DNA of 35,854 bases from positions 33,958,616 through 33,994,469 of the forward strand of contig NC_069000.1 in the NCBI RefSeq assembly GCF_001194135.2, read 5' to 3'. The notes under the pieces are model-generated. The model was given only the letters and a program-made list of their open reading frames with translations. It had not been told where the DNA came from and searched no databases. The stretch is from Octopus bimaculoides. Taxonomy: Eukaryota. This document shows positions 11,355 through 20,896 of this stretch, piece after piece (the stretch's first letter is position 1; each line of letters opens with the position of its first letter). Both the position numbers and the translations under genes were made by a program.

Positions 11355-11560
11355 AAGGCGACGAGCTGGCAGAATCGTTAGATCGTCGGAAAAAAATGCC
11401 TTGACGCATTTGTACTAGCTCTTTAAATTATGAGTCCAAATCCCGCCGAGGTCAGCTTGTCCTTTTATCCTTTCAGTATCACTATAATAAAGTGCCAATC
11501 AAGTACCAGAATCGATATTATCGATCAATCCGTTCCCATCAAAATTTCTGGCTTTATTAA
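11355..11560 (+). mobile_element. Diverged SINE family B
   Basis: AAGGCGACGAGCTGGCAGAATCGTTAG head plus body homology. Confidence 0.8.
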
Positions 11561-11959
11561 ATTTGAAGAGGAAGAAAAAAAAGTTGAGTTAACCTTTTGC
11601 CTGTCCAAAGCATTTTCATAAGTTTCTCCGAAAAATCCGTACTTATTTTTAAACTTTTAGTTGGCCCTTGTTTCATACGTTCTGAGTAATATAACGCTTT
11701 CCATTCATAAATCCCAAGTTAGTATGGTGGTTGAAAATAATTGCGAATGTGTATCATATATGATGCATAGACGCCAGAGAAATATGTCCTGTGTAATAAA
11801 TGTGATACATATGGCAGGCAAAGGGTCAAGTCCGTTTATATTTCCTCCTGGACAGGACCTCATCAGCCTCTTCAATTCATTCAGCCCTAGTTTTAATTTA
11901 GCCCGTCCGACTAATCCCTTTTCTAACAATCTTGTGATTTTACTTTAATGTAAGAAAAC

Positions 11960-12018
<59 letters not shown>
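11960..12018. repeat. (GTA)n microsatellite just upstream of the exon acceptor
   Basis: Direct inspection. Confidence 0.95.
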
Positions 12019-12019
<1 letters not shown>

Positions 12020-12066
12020 CATTGTTGTTGTTGAGTATGCTATATTTTTTTTTCTTTTCCTTTCAG

Positions 12067-12192
12067 CTGTAATTGTCTCTCTCCGAACTATCGTACTTGC
12101 TGATCACTTAGGAATTGAAAACCTCACCCACGCGTTCGGCGTTGTGGCCTTATTTCAAGGCATAGGCTTCACAGTCAGCCCACCACTAGCAG
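12067..12192 (+). CDS. SLC16/MCT family exon, about TM10-TM11 (absent from the ORF track)
   Basis: TTTCAG acceptor and G|GTAATA donor; 126 bp, phase 1-1, in frame with both neighbours. Peptide AVIVSLRTIVLADHLGIENLTHAFGVVALFQGIGFTVSPPLAG is typical of MCT TM11. Confidence 0.92.
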
Positions 12193-13254
12193 GTAATAAA
12201 TAATACGCGGTTTTAAGTCTAATGTGATATACGATATACACAACATCCACTTCAAGAATATAAACACGTTTTTAAGCACAACACACGCAGAGTCAAAAAG
12301 AAACACTACCTTTCACCCGGCACTGTCGTTCACGCAGTGCTCTCTTTTCCTAATGTGAAGCTTCATATCTCGGACATGTGAGCATACGCCCAACAGCAAA
12401 ACGCCGCATCGCTGGAACTGTGAAGCGCACAGTTCTATACAGGGATTTTTGTATTTTTTTCATAAACTAGGGGATGGCCACTGACATTAATCATAAGGAT
12501 TATATAATGTACAAGTATAAAGAAAGAATCAAAGAAAAAGGACTCATTATACCGAATGTTATTGATAATATTGAGTAGAAATAGGGGGTGCTGCAGTTCC
12601 GCAGTTCCTATGCACGNNNNNNNNNNNNNNNNNNNNNNNNNNNNNNNNNNNNNNNNNNNNNNNNNNNNNNNNNNNNNNNNNNNNNNNNNNNNNNNNNNNN
12701 NNNNNNNNNNNNNNNNNNNNNNNNNNNNNNNNNNNNNNNNNNNNNNNNNNNNNNNNNNNNNNNNNNNNNNNNNNNNNNNNNNNNNNNNNNNNNNNNNNNN
12801 NNNNNNNNNNNNNNNNNNNNNNNNNNNNNNNNNNNNNNNNNNNNNNNNNNNNNNNNNNNNNNNNNNNNNNNNNNNNNNNNNNNNNNNNNNNNNNNNNNNN
12901 NNNNNNNNNNNNNNNNNNNNNNNNNNNNNNNNNNNNNNNNNNNNNNNNNNNNNNNNNNNNNNNNNNNNNNNNNNNNNNNNNNNNNNNNNNNNNNNNNNNN
13001 NNNNNNNNNNNNNNNNNNNNNNNNNNNNNNNNNNNNNNNNNNNNNNNNNNNNNNNNNNNNNNNNNNNNNNNNNNNNNNNNNNNNNNNNNNNNNNNNNNNN
13101 NNNNNNNNNNNNNNNNNNNNNNNNNNNNNNNNNNNNNNNNNNNNNNNNNNNNNNNNNNNNNNNNNNNNNNNNNNNNNNNNNNNNNNNNNNNNNNNNNNNN
13201 NNNNNNNNNNNNNNNNNNNNNNNNNNNNNNNNNNNNNNNNNNNNNNNNNNNNNN

Positions 13255-13400
13255 CTTGACAACCGATGTTGGTGTGTTTATGTCACCGAAACTTAGTAGT
13301 TCGGCAAAGACACCGGTAGAATAAATCCAGGAGTCGATTTCTTCGATTAAATGCGATGCTCCAGCATGGCCGCAGTCAAATGACTGAAATGTGTAAAAGA

Positions 13401-13403
<3 letters not shown>
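13255..13403 (+). mobile_element. SINE family C, 3' part
   Basis: GCTCCAGCATGGCCGCAGTCAAATGACTGAAA tail shared with the other C copies. Confidence 0.85.
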
Positions 13404-13436
<33 letters not shown>

Positions 13437-13716
13437 TCATATACATTTGTGTGTAGGCCGTGTATCAGTGCGTTAGATAAAAACACCACGGAGTCCATAA
13501 TTATTGATTTACATCGATGTCTATTTATCAGCTAGATTTGCCGGCTGGTAATCAGATTCCGATAATATATATGTACGTCAACGTTATATCGATATAATCA
13601 AATAAAACCTTTGAAGGCAGTTCTCCAGCATAACAGCAACCGAAAAGGATCGAACTAGTACATGAATATTTTAAATATTCAAATGGCTGAAAGATACTCA
13701 TAAAAAAATCAAAAGA

Positions 13717-13812
13717 AAGCGGCGAGCCGGGCGAAATGTTTAGCGGTATTTCGTCTGCCTCTACGTTCTGAGTTCAAATTCCACGAGGTCAACTTTACCT
13801 TTCGTAGTTTCG
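13717..13812 (+). mobile_element. SINE family B head, truncated
   Basis: Near-identical to the head of the 19716-19946 copy. Confidence 0.85.
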
Positions 13813-13950
13813 GACTTATTCTTTGTAAGACTATTACTTATTCTATCGGTTTATTTTGCCGAACCACTAAGTTACTGAGACGTAAACACACCAACATCTG
13901 TTGTCAAGCGATGTTCGGGAGACTAACACAGACACACAAACATATACACA
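13813..13950 (-). mobile_element. SINE family C body
   Basis: Homologous to about 27520-27645. Confidence 0.85.
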
Positions 13951-13953
13951 CAT

Positions 13954-14012
<59 letters not shown>

Positions 14013-14169
14013 CAAAAAGAGGGAGAAAGAGCAGTTAAGCCAACTCCATGCGTGTTGAATAGCTGTTGTTTTTAAAAAATAAAAACAAACGGACTTTTCT
14101 CCTTGGTACGAAAATGATGTAAGGCGGGCGAGATAAATGAAATTATTTTTATTAGTTACTGTGGTCAAT

Positions 14170-14257
14170 GGAAAATTAGTTTCACGTTTAATGTACAAAC
14201 TAAATAAATCAATTTTAAAAATTAATTTAAGTACATTTTACGATCTTCAGTTGTATA
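14170..14257 (-). ncRNA. Decayed hammerhead-like core (CUGAAGA-U-stem II-U-GAAA)
   Basis: Core at 14250-14244; stem II CGU/ACG plus AAUGUAC/GUACAUU; GAAA at 14183-14180. Stems I and III do not pair. Confidence 0.4.
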
Positions 14258-14270
14258 TACCGTATATATA
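14198..14270 (+). repeat. 73-bp exact direct repeat, copy 1
   Basis: Identical to 14959-15031. Confidence 0.95.
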
Positions 14271-14313
14271 TATATATAAATTAAAAACGTAAAATTAAAA
14301 CAGAACACAAAGG

Positions 14314-14420
14314 ATTCCGCGGTACACGTGTTTCAAGCTTTATACACAAACAGTCGTTGCATCATTATATAAGTATATAATTGATAGACAGGATAGTTTA
14401 AAGCTATCTTCAGCCGCAAA
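14314..14420 (-). ncRNA. Minimal type I hammerhead ribozyme fold
   Basis: Minus strand reads UUUGCGG-CUGAAGA-U-AGCUUUA-[loop]-UAAAGCU-U-GAAA-C-ACGU-G-UA/CCGCGGA. Stems I, II and a palindromic stem III are present, with a GUA cleavage triplet. Confidence 0.72.
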
Positions 14421-14490
14421 TATATTCTTTCCCAAGATTATATCACAAAGAAGAAATCACAAAAAAGAAATCACAAAGAAAAAAGAAAAT

Positions 14491-14646
14491 ATACACAACG
14501 GACTTCTTTCAGTTTCCGTCTACCAAATCTATTCACAAGGCTTTGGTCGACCCGAGGCTATAGTGGACACTTGCCCAAGGTGCCACGCTGTGGGACTGAA
14601 TCCAGAACCATGTGGTTGGTAAGCAAGCTACTTACCACACAGTCAC
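14491..14646 (-). mobile_element. SINE family C head (tRNA-derived, followed by CCTTGGGCAAGT)
   Basis: A-box-like GTGACTGTGTGGTAA and B box GGATTCAGTCCC on the minus strand; homologous to about 29760-29911. Confidence 0.88.
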
Positions 14647-14732
14647 ATATATAATTAATTTTAAAAAAGAAACGAAGGAATAAGACAAGAAAAAAAACAA
14701 CAACGCGAGCACGTAGCACATGCAAAGTATTA

Positions 14733-14765
<33 letters not shown>

Positions 14766-14958
14766 ACAGAAGTAAATAGATACCCTTATAATCATTAAAA
14801 TTTATTTACGTCTCAAATTATACATTAAAATTATTTATTGCTATAATGTGAATATTTAATATTTAGTTAACATACCCTTTACATTTTTCAATGCAAGACG
14901 CTATTAGGCATGTTACTGAGCAGATGACGAATATTCTCCTAAGGATCAATTATCTAAT

Positions 14959-15031
14959 AACTAAATAAATCAATTTTAAAAATTAATTTAAGTACATTTT
15001 ACGATCTTCAGTTGTATATACCGTATATATA
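14959..15031 (+). repeat. 73-bp exact direct repeat, copy 2
   Basis: Identical to 14198-14270. Confidence 0.95.
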
Positions 15032-15486
15032 ATATATATTGGAAGGTTTGGAGGTGATGTACAGGAATTATATTATAGAAAAAAAATTAAGGTACTCAGA
15101 AATCTGGATGGTTGTACATTTACAGATTTGTATTAATGTCACATGTTTTATAAATTAAATAAAGCGTTTTTCACCTAATCGTGTAGGATTTTCAAATATA
15201 TATAATATATATATACGGACAATTATCAAATAACTACGCTCTTTGGAGATGGCAGGTATGGAAGAAATGGCGATATGCATGTCCCTTCTATTTTTTAATT
15301 ATTATAAGTCTTCCACTGTACATGGAGCTTTGACGGCCGATATTGATTTGTTCACATTTCCGTAACATAACGATTCGGCATAAGATAATGATAGAATAAG
15401 TATCAGATTTAATAAATTAAGGACTGAGCACAGTTTGTTCGACTGAACAGTTTTTATTCATTTTCATTTTTCTTGTTTATTTTCAG

Positions 15487-15743
15487 GTTTTTTGTACGAA
15501 GTGTACGAAAGTTATACGATTCTCTTCTGCGTTGTTGGCACGTGTTACGTGACAGCTTCTGTATGTTCGTTCGCTCTCTGTCTTCAAGTATGTTGTAACA
15601 GGAAGAAACGTTCCCGGAGAGAGTCACTTAAAATTCCAAGCCACGATAGTGACGAAGAAAGTGAAGTCAATGCCGAGATCATTTCTGTCAGAGAAATCGA
15701 TGACGAGGAATACGTAACAAAAGAAGTGGCGAACTACTCCTGA
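15487..15743 (+). CDS. SLC16/MCT family terminal exon (TM12 and cytoplasmic tail)
   Basis: TTTCAG acceptor, phase 1. Peptide GFLYEVYESYTILFCVVGTCYVTASVCSFALCLQVCCNRKKR...VANYS*, matching the G-x-L-Y-D/E motif before MCT TM12. TGA at 15741-15743. Confidence 0.9.
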
Positions 15744-15768
15744 AAATGCTTAAAAGCCCAAAAAAAAT

Positions 15769-15774
15769 AATAAA
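15769..15774 (+). promoter_or_regulatory. Candidate proximal polyadenylation signal AATAAA
   Basis: Starts 26 nt after the stop; AT-rich context makes chance occurrence likely. Confidence 0.3.
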
Positions 15775-15820
15775 ATCATCTTACCATTTACGTTAATATA
15801 AACTGAAAACATAAGCACTG

Positions 15821-15851
<31 letters not shown>

Positions 15852-16660
15852 ATGTATATATGCATTACGATGTACGGACGAGAGAAAGTAGAGTTTATTC
15901 GTTCGAATCCTGATGATGCCTTCTGTTGTTTGTTACTCAAAGTGTCTCGCTGTGTCAGCGTGACACCCCTGAGTAGAGATGGAGTGACTCAGCAGTTTAG
16001 GTTGAATGTGTATTTGTGTAAGTGAGTGTATGTGTGTTTGTGTGTGTAATCATATGTATGTGTGCTTCTTTGTTTGGTGAGTATGTCTGGGTTCACACAT
16101 ACACAAGCTCGATCATTACAATTTGAAGATGAATATATAGATGTACATTTTTTTTTTTAAAGCAAGAAAAGAGAAGAAAATAGGAGAATATTCTTTATAT
16201 ATCTTGGGTCTATATCCCATCAGAATTAGGACATTCAAATGAATGCATTCGGGAATATTTCTTTTTAATTTAATATGATTCACGAGAAAAGGCTGGTTTC
16301 CAACTTACATCATGTTTTATAAAAGGAACCAGTTTACTTGTTTAAAAAGAAAAATATTTTAACAGTTTCGTATTGACCATCCAAGAAAAGACAATGAAAT
16401 ATTTTATTCTTATTTTAACACCGCTCTTCCAATTTACTAGAAAATATTTTTTACCTTTTGCTTTAAATGAACAGTTTTTATATATATACACTTTTTGAAA
16501 GACTGATACCTCCAGCTGATAAAAAATATAATAATGGTGCTTCATATATATATATATAATCTTAAAAGCAGCTGTTACTTGAAACTGCAAATATTTAGCT
16601 CATTTACCACCACCACCATCACAACCACCGCTATCACCTGGACAATCATCAGGAATAATA

Positions 16661-16778
16661 AAGGTGACCATCCGGTAGAATCAGTAGAGCGGTGAGTCAA
16701 AATGTCTTGCGGGATTTAGTTTTGGATTCTGGGCTCAAGTTTCATCATAGTCGACTGTCTTTTATCCTGCCTTGTGGG
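16661..16778 (+). mobile_element. Highly diverged SINE family B head/body
   Basis: Residual GTAGAATCAGTAG...TTCTGGGCTCAAG...GTCGACTGTCTTTTATCC similarity. Confidence 0.5.
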
Positions 16779-16863
16779 TTGGAGAGGGCTCGGTTTAAAA
16801 GGGGTGAGTCATACACTGTCGTTTGACTCAATTTCTTTCGATGATTGTCTGGCTATGTCAGAA

Positions 16864-17020
16864 AATATTGCTTCACTTCTTACGTTGATACAAGGCCACA
16901 AATTTGTGAGAGACATTTATAATCGATTGAATCGGCCTCATTTTATGACTGATATTTATTTTAGCAATTCCAAAGGAATGAAAGCACAAACTGATCCTCG
17001 CACAGTTTGAACTTAAAATG
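16864..17020 (-). mobile_element. Highly diverged SINE family B
   Basis: Residual tail (ACAAGGCC) and AAAGGAATGAAAG...TTTGAACT similarity. Confidence 0.5.
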
Positions 17021-18730
17021 TTTGAGAGGACCAAAACTAATACTGATTTTTAAGATAGGCACAAGGCTTCAAATGTTAGAGCCGATGCAACGGACAATAC
17101 GCCTGCCTTACAAATTTTGTGGCTTTGTGCAAATGTAAGCTCTCAAAAGTTTTCTGGGCGTAACTGCAACAGCTAGACTATGCTCACCTTATAAAAATAG
17201 CGTCGTGCACAAACAAACAAAAAATAATGTTGTTTCAATACCCAGTTTTAAATATTTCACTTCACTCAGATCGTTATTGCTTTTCTAACAGACATGAACT
17301 TCACAACATTCCATTTTTCTTCTCCATAAGCACCAAACTTTGTGTCTTGTCAAACGAAAAAATAATGATCCACTCAAAGTGTTATTAAACAGACCGATAT
17401 TCTTGACGAACAGAATCCTCAACCCGGTTTTCTATTTCCAGATGGCACCATTTCACTTATTTTGGTCATTCTCTTCGGAAATTCTTCATATAAATTTCCT
17501 TAAACATTTCAATCATGAGTTGCTTCAAAAGAGAGTCAACAGCTGGCCGAGCCGATAATGTCGAAACTATCAGCCGAATATCCAATGATTCGTAACTGTC
17601 AGCGAAGCTGACAGTGTCACTTACCTGTAAATATGTATCACACATCTGTAAATACGTACCATGGCTTGGTAAAAAGATATAGTACTATATAAATCAACGA
17701 GTGTTTTGTTCTCGGCTTAACTCTACGAATGTGTCTGAGGAAGGTAACGACAAAGCTCATCAATTCTGGTCATTGCACCAGACTCTTTTACTTGTCTGGA
17801 ATCTAGTTCTGAGTACAGATTATGCGTAACCCATTACAGACAACATACATCAGGTGGATAACTTACTCAACGACAACGAATATCTCATTTAACAGAGAAA
17901 AAAATGTGGTTATTGCCGTATAACAAACGCTGCTCGTTTTCGATTCTCATTCAATGTTAAAAACTCTTTTTCCTTACGACGCTTATGAAATTGTGAAAAG
18001 AACGCTGCAAATTCCCATTTATTTTCCAACAAATCTGAGTTCTTGGTATCTAGATAAAGGAGAACCAATATTTTTTCTCTTTTCTTTTTCTTTTCTCTCG
18101 TTGAATGAATACTAAGAAATATGATTAAATGTCTATACTCGATTGAAGCCAATTCATTTCATTTAGGTTGGTAATGCTCTGGAGAAAAACGTAAACGTCA
18201 CAGAATCACCCACCACGATCATTTTTTTATAAATATGCAGTCAGGTTTTTATGCAAGAAAACACTGTTGTTTTTGATGCTTGTTTTCTTTTTAACCTCTA
18301 CGTTGTGGGATTGCTTGGGGAATCGTTAAGCATTTAAACAAACTACTTCTTTCCTAAAATACCGAGAACAAAACTAAATGATATTAAAAAATATTGAGAA
18401 AAGGCAAATAGTACATCATGACATTGTAGTTGTTGTTGTTTCTGTTGTTGTCTTCTTTTTTGTTTTTGTTTATTATTCAAAAGGTTGGTTACAGATGGCT
18501 GAGTCGACAGGATATTTTGATAATAGGTTGAGATGATCAGTGGTTGGTATCCTGTCACAGGCACTGCATTGTGTCTATGGCCTAGAACAGAGGTCGACAA
18601 AGTTCAGCAAAAATAAAGATGAAACGATGATCGTACAAGGTTACAGAAACTTAGAAATTGCTCCCTTTTTTTTTTTTTTTTTTTTTTTTNNNNNNNNNNT
18701 AATGAGGTATTCGCTTGGTCCTCTTCAGTC

Positions 18731-18745
18731 CCTATTTTCTATCAT

Positions 18746-18750
<5 letters not shown>
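18731..18750. repeat. 20-bp inverted repeat, left arm
   Basis: CCTATTTTCTATCATTCTGT is the exact reverse complement of 19535-19554. Confidence 0.9.
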
Positions 18751-18778
<28 letters not shown>

Positions 18779-18807
18779 ATGTATGTATGTATGTATGTAT
18801 GTATGTA

Positions 18808-19333
18808 TTTACTAACAAAACCTAGTGCTCCAATTATCATTGGTATGAATATGAGTTCATAGTTTGAAAGTAGAAGCTGGAGGTTTCGAAGCAGTTGTCC
18901 ATAAATATCCTCTTTTCCTTTGATTTTCAAAGAGATATCTATATCTGCAGGGCAGCTGAACTCTATGACGGTACACACCTTTGCCCTTTTGTTGCAAACA
19001 ACAATATCTGGCCTGTTATGTTTACATCTGACAGAAGTTTTGATGGGAATATTCCACCAGTATTCCTTGAGTTGGTGTTTATGAATGTATTACATAACAG
19101 AGGGATTTTGTAAGTTTATTTCAGGACAGTCTTTTTTGCGGACGGCATTGTAAATTGTTTTAGCAACAACATCGTGTCGCATAGGGAAGTAGTACCATGA
19201 CGACATTTTAGGACAGCTGCTAATCACATGCCTGATGTCTTCCACAGAAACATGACAGCCTACACATGCAGCTGCACCTTGAGATTACAAGGGCGTCACT
19301 GTCTCTCTTGTTCACCAGGTACTTTGCGGCAAT
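18808..19333 (-). pseudogene. R4/Dong-type non-LTR retrotransposon fragment: CCHC knuckle plus restriction-like endonuclease
   Basis: Translates as CRL-fs-HVSVEDIRHVISSCPKMS...RHDVVAK...WWN...HNRPDIVV...CTVIEFSCPAD...KEDIYGQL...IPMIIGALG. One frameshift near 19255 and one stop at 19090-19092. Confidence 0.9.
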
Positions 19334-19534
19334 ATGTACGTATGTATGTATGTATGTATGTATGTATGTATGTGTGTGTCTGTGTGTATATGTATGTCAT
19401 TGTTCAGTTTNNNNNNNNNNGTATGTGTGTGTCTGTGTGTATATGTATGTCATTGTTCAGTTTTATTTCAAGATTTCTGAACAATGATATACATACATAC
19501 ATACATACATACATACATACATACATACATACAT

Positions 19535-19554
19535 ACAGAATGATAGAAAATAGG
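19535..19554. repeat. 20-bp inverted repeat, right arm
   Basis: ACAGAATGATAGAAAATAGG. Confidence 0.9.
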
Positions 19555-19715
19555 AACATGTATGTATGTATGTATGCATGCATGTATGTATGTATGTGTA
19601 TATGTATGTATGTGTGAATGTGTATATATATATATATGTAAGTATGTATATAGCTAGCTAGCTAGCTATGTACGTGTGTGTGTATATATGTATATACGTA
19701 TGAGGTGTATGTGTT

Positions 19716-19946
19716 ATTTCTTTACTACCCACAAGGGACTACACACAGAGGAGACAAACAAGGACAGACAAACGGATTAAGTCGATTATATCGACCCCAG
19801 TGCGTAACTGGTACTTATTTAATCGACCCCGAAAGGATGAAAGGCAAAGTCGACCTCGGCGGAATTTGAACTCAGAACGTAGAGGCAGACGAAATACCGC
19901 TAAGCATTTCGCCCGGCATGCTAACATTTCTGCCAGCTCGCCGCCT
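19716..19946 (-). mobile_element. SINE family B with alternative 3' tail
   Basis: Well-preserved head and body; tail unrelated to the other B copies. Confidence 0.9.
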
Positions 19947-20612
19947 GAGTTGTATGTGTGTGTGTGTGTGTGTGTGCGTGCGTGCATGTGTGCGTGCGTG
20001 CGTGCACGCATGCGTGATGGTGTGTGTGTTTGTGTGTGTGCGCGCGCGCGTGTGTAAAAATGTTTCCCTGCCATTACCTTCTTTCCTCAACGCCTTTCAA
20101 ATCTACTGGTATTCCTTTTATTTTCTCCACATTCTGACATTCTTCCTCTCATCTACAATCACTCGTTACAGCTCCCTCATCTTACACATTTTCTTCTCCA
20201 TCTTCCTTCCTCATTATTATTATTATTATTCACTGCTACATTAACTTTTCCTTTACTTTTACTACTTCCAGTCTATTTACCCCTGCCAAATCACTAAAGA
20301 ACCATCTCTCCTCGGCGAAGGTTTCTGCTCGAAACATTAGGCCTCTCCTCTTCCTCTCAACAGTATTTATTCCAGTGTTTTAACTCCTTGTTGTAAATAA
20401 AGATTTAGGCTATTAATGACCCAGTTTTTATTCCCAGTTGTATGTACTTTGCATCTTTTATATCGCTTATGCAATAATGCCTTCTTCCATATTAGACTCA
20501 TTCAGGCTAACAGCCACTTTCTGCCAACAGCTAAAACATGTTATGTTTCTTTCTAATCGGTTTAACAAATGTGCGAAATAGATAAATATATTATCAATAT
20601 ACTCCATTATTT

Positions 20613-20818
20613 AAGGCAGCGAGTTGGCAGAATCGTTAGCATGCTTAGCGGCATTTCGTCTGTCTTTGCGTTCTGAGTTCGAATTCCGCCGAGGTCGATT
20701 TTACTTTTCATCCTTTCAGGGTCGATAAAATAAGTAGCAGTGGAGGACTGGAGTCGATGTAATCGACTATTCCCTCCCCCAAATTTCAGGCCTTGTTCCT
20801 ATTACAGAAAGAATTATT
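20613..20818 (+). mobile_element. SINE family B
   Basis: Near full-length homology with a small head deletion. Confidence 0.9.
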
Positions 20819-20896
20819 TAAAGTGGTGGGCAGGTAGAATCGTTAGCAAGCCGAGAATAATGCTTAGCAATATTTCGCTCATTTTCACATTCTGAG
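20819..20896 (+). mobile_element. SINE family B head running into a gap
   Basis: GTAGAATCGTTAGCAAGCCG...ATGCTTAGC...TTCTGAG. Confidence 0.7.

Noticed and set aside
15910-15972. C-box/D-box pair (TGATGA...CTGA) or hammerhead core in the 3'UTR region
   Set aside because: No terminal stem, not intronic, and no properly placed GAAA or stems.
18343-18600. 85-aa minus-strand ORF with a Q-rich stretch
   Set aside because: The Q/K run derives from a (TTG)/(TTTTTG) low-complexity tract; no recognisable domain or clear splice sites.
19371-19463. About 40-bp direct duplication across a 10-N gap
   Set aside because: Most likely an unmerged contig overlap (assembly artefact).
20305-20345. Degenerate Penelope-like GCGAAGG...CTCGAAAC motif
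   Set aside because: The CUGANGA core is mutated and the stems do not pair; at best a dead relic.
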